A DNA stretch of 64,000 nt from Gemmatimonadales bacterium. GTDB lineage: Bacteria > Gemmatimonadota > Gemmatimonadetes > Gemmatimonadales > GWC2-71-9. A program made the translations under genes and the position numbers. The number at the start of each line of letters is the position of its first letter. Position 1 is the stretch's first letter. Shown piece by piece: positions 57,510-64,000 of the stretch. The notes under the pieces are model-generated. The model saw nothing but the letters and a program-made list of their open reading frames with translations. It had not been told where the DNA came from and did not search any database. The DNA is taken from the NCBI GenBank assembly GCA_965249575.1, contig OZ252244.1, forward strand, positions 3,040,001 through 3,104,000, read 5' to 3'.

Positions 57510-60270
57510 CGACCTGGTTGTCCGGCGGCGGGCCATCGCTGGTTCCGGCGTGCTGCAAGCGCTGGCCACCCGTCTCCGCACCCTGGTCGCGCCGCTTCTA
57601 GCCGGCCCGGTCTACCTCCCCGACCAGAAGGCTCAGTTGTCGCAAACCGGGGGCGTCTGCGCCCGAGATGGGTCTCGCCTCGCGTTCGATCCGCTGAGCC
57701 CTTCGCTGCACCGCTGCCCGGCGTGCGCTACCGAATTCACCGGAGAGCAGCACCATCGCGCGTGGATCCTCCGATACCACTTGTGGCTCAGCGAACGTGC
57801 AGCGCATCTCGCGGCTCTCGGGGCGGTGCAGGGGGATGTGAAGTGCGCGCGCCGCGCCGCGCAGCTCCTGGACGCGTATGCTGCACGGTATCGTGACTAT
57901 CCGAATCAAGACAACGTCCTGGGCCCGACCCGGCTGTTCTTTTCGACCTACCTCGAGTCGATCTGGCTCTCGCAGCTCGTGTTCGCGGCCTCGCTGATCG
58001 ACCTCGTTGAGTCCGGCGAGGGGTGGCACGGCGGCGAGCGCGAACGCGTGCGGTCGATGGTCGCTGAGTCGGTCGGCATCATCGGGTCGTTCGACGAGAT
58101 GTGGTCTAACCGACAAGTCTGGAACAACGCCGCGATGATCGCGGCGGGGCGGTGGCTGGATGAGGTGGCCGTCGTCGATCGAGGTCTGCGGGGGGCGCAC
58201 GGCCTCTACGAGCAGATGTCGCGCTGCGTCTCGAGCGATGGCTTCTGGCACGAGGGCGAGAACTATCACTTTTTTGCGCTCCGCGGAATGCTCCTGGCGG
58301 CCGAAGCACTCCGCTCGGGAGGACTCGATCTCTACACTGACGGCCAGGTTGGTGCGCGTCTGCGGGCGATGTACCACGCTCCATTTCTGAGCGTACTGCC
58401 GGACTTGAGTTTGCCGGCGAGGAGCGATTCTCCCTTCGGCGTGTCGCTACGCCAACAACGGTTCGCGGAGTTGTGGGAAATCGGGCGGGCCCGGACCGGT
58501 GACGGTGCGGTCGAGGCGTTCCTGGCCGAACTCTACGACATGGACGGGCCGAGCGGCGACGATTTTGGATCGTCGGACATCGCGGAGCTCGAGACCCACC
58601 GGCCCGCCCAAGAGATTTCGCGCGCGTGCCTCGGATGGAAAGCATTCATGTGGATGGATCCTTCGGAGCCCCGCACAGAGGCTGGAAGTTGGCGCGTAGG
58701 CTCGCAACTACTCGTTGAGGACGGGCTGGCGGTGCTGCGGTCGGGGCCCTCGCGCTACGCGAGCCTCGAGTGCGGTCCGGGTCGGGGTGGCCACGGCCAT
58801 CCGGACCTGTTACACGCTTCCCTGTTCTGGCACGTGTCGTGGCTCGCCGACCTCGGTGCGGGATCGTATGTATCGCCATCGCTCGCGTGGTACCGGTCTG
58901 CTCTCGCGCACAATGCTCCCGGCGTCGCGCGCGTCGGACAGCGGAGTCGCGGAGGCTTCTGCGCCGCCTTCGACCAGGGCGATGCCTGGAGTTGGTGCCG
59001 GGGGGTCGCGCGCAACCTCTTCGGCGGGTCGACGCGGGCAATGCGCACCCTCGTGGTGGGACCGGATTACGTTGTCGATGTAGTGGACGTGGAGGTGCCG
59101 GACGAGATGGAAATCGATTTCCCCATTCACCCGTAGGGCTCGGTGCGCTTCGCTCCTGGGGTGCGCGCGGTGCTGGCACCGGCGTCGCTCGGAACGGGCG
59201 GGACCGAACGACAGGAACACGGTTACGACTGGGTGCGGGATGCCCAGATTCTGGAGGGCGATCCGGTCCGGTTCGAGGTCGAGCAGGGCGAGCACCAGCT
59301 CGATCTGCTGCTAGTGCCCAGGCGTGGCGAGACCGTGTTCGTGGGGCGGGCGCCCGGTCCCCCGAGTGTGCATTTTGCGGACGGCGGACCGGCGACGCTC
59401 GTCGTCAGGCGGGCAAAAGGCCCCGGTCGGTGGGTGCAGTTGTACGCATCCCACCCATCCCCCGTGCGGACGGCGACCGCCGACGAAGCCGGTGTGCGGA
59501 TCGGTCGCGTGGGTGGCTCGTTCGAGACGATCGTCGAGGGGCGGGAAGGCCTTCGTGTCCGTGACACTTCCGAACGGGAGCACGAGCTCGGGGGTCTGCT
59601 GAAAGAGCGAACCGGGTCGGCGCACACGGTGCCGACACCCGTAGAGACGGTTTGCCCGCTCCTCGATCGGATTCCGCCCCTCACGAACTGGGAGGAAGTT
59701 CTCCCTCCCGAGGCGGTCCATGCGCTCGGGCGTGCTCACTACAGACGGTCGGAGCGCCTGTATGAATCCCCAGAGGAATTCTCAGCCGACGTAGCGGTCT
59801 TCGCCTCCCGGTCCAGCCTTTGTTTCGCGGCTACGGTCAGGAAGCCACACTTGGTCGTCCCGGTTGACGGAGCGGCCGAATCGGAGCTCGACAACGAAGC
59901 GGGGGATATTCACTCCGACGGCCTCCAGTGCTACGTTCGCCTCGACAGCTGGCACGGTTTCGTCGTTCGTCCCGATCTCGAGAGCGGGGGCGTGCGGGCC
60001 CGGGGCGTCGCCGGTACGGCTGGCGACCCCGCGCGCATCGCGGGTCGAAGCACTATGACATCGGACGGATACCGGATGCTCGTCGAATTCGCCTGCGAGC
60101 GCCCCATCGCCCGCGGCGACCGGTTTCCGGTCAATCTCGTGGTGAATCAAATGTTGCCGGGAAGGACTCGGCGCGCGGGGCAGCTCGTGCTGTCAGGCGA
60201 CGGGGAGTGGGTGTATCTCCGTGGGGACCGAGAGGATTCTGCCCGGGCCGTTATCGCGGAGGTGTCATGA
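57490..60270 (+). CDS. Heparinase II/III-family (polysaccharide lyase-like) protein with a C-terminal CBM9/DOMON-like region; interrupted by an in-frame TAG at 59134-59136
   Basis: GTG at 57490; SNRQVW, GFWHEGENYH, GGHGHPD and WYRSALAHN motifs; ORF 59143..60270 continues in the same frame. Confidence 0.75.
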
Positions 60271-60995
60271 GTCTCGCGGTCATCCTCCACCAGACCCAGG
60301 ATATCGTCAACATTGCCGGGGTAGTTCGCGCGATGAGCAACTTCGGGCTGCGGGACCTCCGGCTCGTCAGTCCTGCCGAGTTCGAGGTCCGGCGCATCCG
60401 CGGCATCGCGCACAAGAGCGGCGAGATCCTCAAACGCGTGCGACACTTCGACGAGTTGGACGAAGCCCTGTCCGACCGGACATTCGTGGTGGGCATGACG
60501 GCGCGCCAACGGAGCGCCAAGCGGAACGCTCTTCGCCCGCGCGAGGCAGCCCATGAAATCCACAGCATGGCCCAAACCGAAACCGTAGCGATTCTCTTGG
60601 GTCCCGAAGACAAGGGTCTCACGAACGAAAATCTGGATCGGTGCCACCGAACCGTCACGATCCCGACGACCCCCGATTACAGCTCGCTGAACCTCGCCCA
60701 GGCGTTTTCGATCCTCGCGTACGAGCTTTTCACGATCGATGGGCCGCCCCCCTTAAAACCGCCGAAGCGACCGGCCGAGCCGGCATCCGGCGAAGCGCTG
60801 GAGCAACTCTTCCGAGACGCGGAGCATGCATTGGCGGCGATCGAGTTTTTCAAAACGAGGCACCGCGCGGCCATCCTGCGCACGATCCGGGAGTGCGCTC
60901 ACCGCACGCCGCTCGATCTGCGCGAAGCCCGCCTGTTTCGAGCGATGTGTCTCGAGGTCGTGCGGTTTCTGGAGCGCACGGGGTACAAGGCGTGA
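60267..60995 (+). CDS. SPOUT RNA methyltransferase, TrmJ/LasT family
   Basis: NIAGVVRAMSNFG, TAR, LGPEDKGLTN and YSSLNLAQA motifs; GGAGG RBS and ATGA overlap. Confidence 0.9.
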   Translation: MSLAVILHQTQDIVNIAGVVRAMSNFGLRDLRLVSPAEFEVRRIRGIAHKSGEILKRVRHFDELDEALSDRTFVVGMTARQRSAKRNALRPREAAHEIHSMAQTETVAILLGPEDKGLTNENLDRCHRTVTIPTTPDYSSLNLAQAFSILAYELFTIDGPPPLKPPKRPAEPASGEALEQLFRDAEHALAAIEFFKTRHRAAILRTIRECAHRTPLDLREARLFRAMCLEVVRFLERTGYKA

Positions 60996-62143
60996 TTCCC
61001 GGGTTCACCTCGACGGCCAGCAAGCGGCCGGGTGCGCTGTTCGGTGGTGAGGAGGGGGTTCCGACGAGAATGGTCCGAGCTTCCGGCTGCCGGGTGTGGG
61101 ACGATTCGGGACGGGAGTACCTCGATACGATCATGGCTCTGGGTTCGGTGGCCCTCGGATACGGCCACCCGCGGGTTACTGAGGCCGCGATTTCCGCGGC
61201 GCGTAAGGGAGTGATCGGACCGCTGCCGCCCGTGCTCGAAGGCGAAGTGGCCGAGCGCTTGAATGACCTCATCCCGTTGGCAGAAGGCACTCGGTTCTTC
61301 CAGACCGGGGCGGAAGCGATGGCGGCGGCGGTGCGGATCGGGCGCGTGCACACGGGCCGCGAGCGAGTGATTAGGTGTGGTTATCATGGCTGGCTGGACT
61401 GGTGCCAGACCGCGGCGGGGGTTCCCGCTGCGGTCGGCAGCCTCGCGTGGGAGGTCCCGTTCAACGACGTCGAGGCCCTGCGCTTGGCGGTCGAGCAATT
61501 CGAGCCACTGGCCGCGATCGTGGTCGAGCCCGTGGTAGACGGCCAACCCTCGGCCGAATGGTTGGCGGCGCTCACGGAGGCGTGTAAGGCGACCTCGGCG
61601 GTGCTGGTCTTCGACGAGATCAAGACCGCGTTCCGGCTGCAAGCTGGCGGGGCGGCTGAGCGGTTCGGTGTGGAGCCTGATCTCATGGTGGTCGGGAAGG
61701 CGCTCGGGAACGGTTTCCCGATCGCGGCGGTCTGCGGGAACGAAGAACTCATGCGGGCTGCAACCGCGACGTGGATTTCATCGACCTACGCCACCGAGTT
61801 CGTGTCGTTGGCCGCCGCCGGTGCGGTATTGGACACCTTCGCCGATAGTGAGACCGTGGAGCGGATCGGTGCGGCCGGGCGGCGCCTGTGGAGGGGTCTC
61901 GAAGGCCTCGCTCGGCGCTACCCGCGGGTGGTCTCCGCGGTGCGTGGGATCCATGAGATGTGCTACCTGGATTGCCATACCGAGGAACAATCGGCTCTGT
62001 TGGCCCGGCGGGCCGCCGCTCGCGGCCTCCTCTTCAAGCGAAATGCTTACAACTTCGTGTCGCTGGCCCACACCGACGAGGTGCTGACCACGGTGCTCGA
62101 GAGGGTCGAGGCCGCCCTGAACGACGTGGATGGCGCGTGCTGA
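60992..62143 (+). CDS. Class III PLP aminotransferase (GSA-aminomutase-like)
   Basis: WD.SGREYLD, LGYGHP, GYHGW, FDEIKTAFR, GKALGNG and SSTY motifs; GTGA overlap. Confidence 0.9.
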   Translation: MIPGFTSTASKRPGALFGGEEGVPTRMVRASGCRVWDDSGREYLDTIMALGSVALGYGHPRVTEAAISAARKGVIGPLPPVLEGEVAERLNDLIPLAEGTRFFQTGAEAMAAAVRIGRVHTGRERVIRCGYHGWLDWCQTAAGVPAAVGSLAWEVPFNDVEALRLAVEQFEPLAAIVVEPVVDGQPSAEWLAALTEACKATSAVLVFDEIKTAFRLQAGGAAERFGVEPDLMVVGKALGNGFPIAAVCGNEELMRAATATWISSTYATEFVSLAAAGAVLDTFADSETVERIGAAGRRLWRGLEGLARRYPRVVSAVRGIHEMCYLDCHTEEQSALLARRAAARGLLFKRNAYNFVSLAHTDEVLTTVLERVEAALNDVDGAC

Positions 62144-62943
62144 TCGACGTTCATGCTCATTTCTATACGGAGCTATCCGGGCGATCCGACTGGCGGGAGA
62201 TGAACCAGGCGCGATTGGAGGCCGGCGCCACCATCGGCATCGACGCACACGTCGCGTCTATTCTCGGAACGTACGGTACCAGCTCGCCCACGTACTTCCC
62301 GTCTCCTGAGGACGTTACCCACGCCAACGACCGCATGGTCCAGCTACAGCGCGAGCACCCCGGTCGCGTCTACGGCTACTGCGTGGTGAATCCGAACTAC
62401 GCGGAGCACGCGCTCCAAGAGATCGAGCGGCGTGTTGAAGAGGGAATGGTCGGCGTGAAGCTGGCGGCCAGCCGGCGCGCCACTGATCGACTCCTGGACC
62501 CAATCGCACAGATAGCCGCCGAGCGGCGACTGCCAATCTTGCATCACATTTGGCAGCACCGGCGGCGCGAGTGGCCGGGGCAGGACGCATCGGACGCGGT
62601 CGAGCTCGTCGTGCTGGCCCGCCGCCATCCCGAGACGCGGTTCCTGCTGGCGCACATCGGTGGCGGCGGCGATTGGTTGCATTCGCTCCGCGCAGTGCGG
62701 CGGTGCACCAACGTCTGGGTGGATTTGTCCGGGAGCGGTGTGGACGCCGGCATGCTCGAAGCAACACTCGCGGCCGTCGGCGCTTCCCGCATGGTCTGGG
62801 GCACCGATCTCAGTATGGGGGCCGGGTGGGGGAAACTCCGGTATCTGCGAGCCCTCGGTATGTCGGCTGACGACATCGATCGGATTTCGGGTGGCAACGC
62901 GTTCGAGATTTTTCCCCACGGTGCATTTCGTCATGGTGACTGA
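62137..62943 (+). CDS. Amidohydrolase 2 family
   Basis: IDVHAH, ILHH, LAHIG and WGTD motifs. Confidence 0.88.
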   Translation: MLIDVHAHFYTELSGRSDWREMNQARLEAGATIGIDAHVASILGTYGTSSPTYFPSPEDVTHANDRMVQLQREHPGRVYGYCVVNPNYAEHALQEIERRVEEGMVGVKLAASRRATDRLLDPIAQIAAERRLPILHHIWQHRRREWPGQDASDAVELVVLARRHPETRFLLAHIGGGGDWLHSLRAVRRCTNVWVDLSGSGVDAGMLEATLAAVGASRMVWGTDLSMGAGWGKLRYLRALGMSADDIDRISGGNAFEIFPHGAFRHGD

Positions 62944-63709
62944 CGTCTCGGCGTTCGTCGGGCAATACGCCTACCGGCATCTCGCCGATCCGACGCCTGC
63001 TGCGCTCCTCCGGCAGATGGACAGGCTCGGAATCGACCGCTCTTGGGTGGGCCACCTCCCCTCCGCGCTACATCGCGATCCGCGACCAGGGACGCTCGAG
63101 CTGGAGCGAGTGCTCGAGGGCCACCGTGACCGGCTGGTAGCAGTGCCAACGATCCACCCCGGCCTTCCCGAGTGGGAGGATGACATCTCGGGCGCCGTGT
63201 CCCGAGGTGCGCCGGCTGTCCGCGCGTACCCCACGCAGCAGAGCCTCGAGCCCGCGGGGGGCGAAATGCAGGCCGCCGCGGCGCGGTTGGCCGCCGAGCA
63301 ATTGCCATTGATTCTCACGGTCTGCTTCGAGGACGCCCGGCAGCGGCAATCGATCGACGGCGCCGAAGACCTCCCGCCCTGGGCCGTGCGGTCCCTGGTT
63401 CGAAAAAACCCACGCCTCAAGGTGCTCGTCACCCATGCAGGCCGATCGTTCGTCGAGGAGGTGCACTTCGGGCTCACCCCCGATGAAGCGGCCCGTGTAC
63501 TCTGGGACATCGCGTGGATCTGGGGTCCGCCAGAAAACCACCTCGAAAGGCTGCTGGCCGCGGTCGGACTCGATCGCTTCACGCTCGGCACGGCCATGCC
63601 TCTCCGCATCCCGGACGCGGCGTTTGCGAAACTGGATCTTCTGGACCTCTCGCGCGCCGATCGCGCGAAGCTGCTGGGCGCGACTCTGGAACGCTGGCGG
63701 TCAGAGTGA
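62933..63709 (+). CDS. Amidohydrolase-fold protein lacking canonical metal ligands
   Basis: TDVSAFVG replaces DxHxH and GTAMP replaces GTD; barrel spacing is retained. Confidence 0.75.
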   Translation: MVTDVSAFVGQYAYRHLADPTPAALLRQMDRLGIDRSWVGHLPSALHRDPRPGTLELERVLEGHRDRLVAVPTIHPGLPEWEDDISGAVSRGAPAVRAYPTQQSLEPAGGEMQAAAARLAAEQLPLILTVCFEDARQRQSIDGAEDLPPWAVRSLVRKNPRLKVLVTHAGRSFVEEVHFGLTPDEAARVLWDIAWIWGPPENHLERLLAAVGLDRFTLGTAMPLRIPDAAFAKLDLLDLSRADRAKLLGATLERWRSE

Positions 63710-63757
63710 TCGGTGCGCATTCCGGCCTTTCCCGCCGCCTGTTGACCGGCACGCAGC

Positions 63758-64000
63758 GTGGGTGACATTCGGGACAGACTGCGCGGGCGGGTGATTCCGG
63801 CGGTGCCGGTCCCGTTCGATTCGGACGGGTCAATCGACGTCACGGCCCAGAATGCTTACATCCACTGGATGACGCAGCAACCAGCCGGGGCCATAGCCAT
63901 ATGGGCGCATACCGGGCGTGGCTTGCACCTCTCCCAGGAACAACGGGCCGGCGTTCTCGAGGCGTGGCGGTCGGGAATGGCCGGCATTCCAATCGTGTGC
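63758..64000 (+). CDS. Dihydrodipicolinate synthase/NAL-family aldolase, partial (runs off the window end)
   Basis: GRVIPAVPVPFDSDGSID...WAHTGRGLHLSQEQR, translated by hand from GTG 63758. Confidence 0.82.
   Translation, partial: MGDIRDRLRGRVIPAVPVPFDSDGSIDVTAQNAYIHWMTQQPAGAIAIWAHTGRGLHLSQEQRAGVLEAWRSGMAGIPIVC

Noticed and set aside
56440..59136. Genuine 898-aa GHMP kinase-heparinase fusion
   Set aside because: The kinase C-terminus is present in another frame and the lyase has its own start; a deletion explains it better.
59134..59136. Pyrrolysine recoding of the TAG
   Set aside because: No pyl genes in the window, and TAG is an ordinary stop in many other genes here.
60992..62143. hemL assignment
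   Set aside because: Shorter N-terminus and no tetrapyrrole context; only a family-level call is supported.

Overview
GC-rich bacterial DNA, most likely Gemmatimonadota. This is inferred from SusC/SusD pairs in a high-GC genome, Big_1 Ig-repeat surface proteins and Hanks kinases. I see no rRNA, tRNA, CRISPR array, integrase or transposase. Positions 1-19 kb hold mostly housekeeping genes: acyl-CoA dehydrogenase, PIG-L deacetylase with a sodium:solute symporter, MFS, amidohydrolase, two alpha/beta hydrolases, an ABC-2 exporter and ilvE. The main feature is 19.1-46.8 kb. A SusC/SusD pair is followed on the same strand by eight intact paralogs and one internally deleted paralog of a secreted LVIVD/choice-of-anchor-B-like beta-propeller. 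All intact copies keep four His at equivalent blade positions but differ in loops, appear mosaic, and are separated by period-7 inverted-repeat hairpins. Next come a multicopper oxidase, a GT4, a second divergent SusC/SusD pair (Cys motifs, His-rich SusD tail) and two barrel-less SusC N-terminal/plug genes. My hypothesis is a PUL-like locus built on a diversified metallo-propeller family instead of glycoside hydrolases. The right end carries a pseudokinase-kinase divergent from an FHA-trypsin protease, a GH38, Opp-type ABC parts and a coupled operon (GHMP kinase, heparinase II/III-like, TrmJ, aminotransferase III, two amidohydrolases, DHDPS-family). Several genes are broken at G/C homopolymers, probably by sequencing or assembly error, so pseudogene calls are tentative. 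All family calls come from motif recognition by eye; no searches were run.
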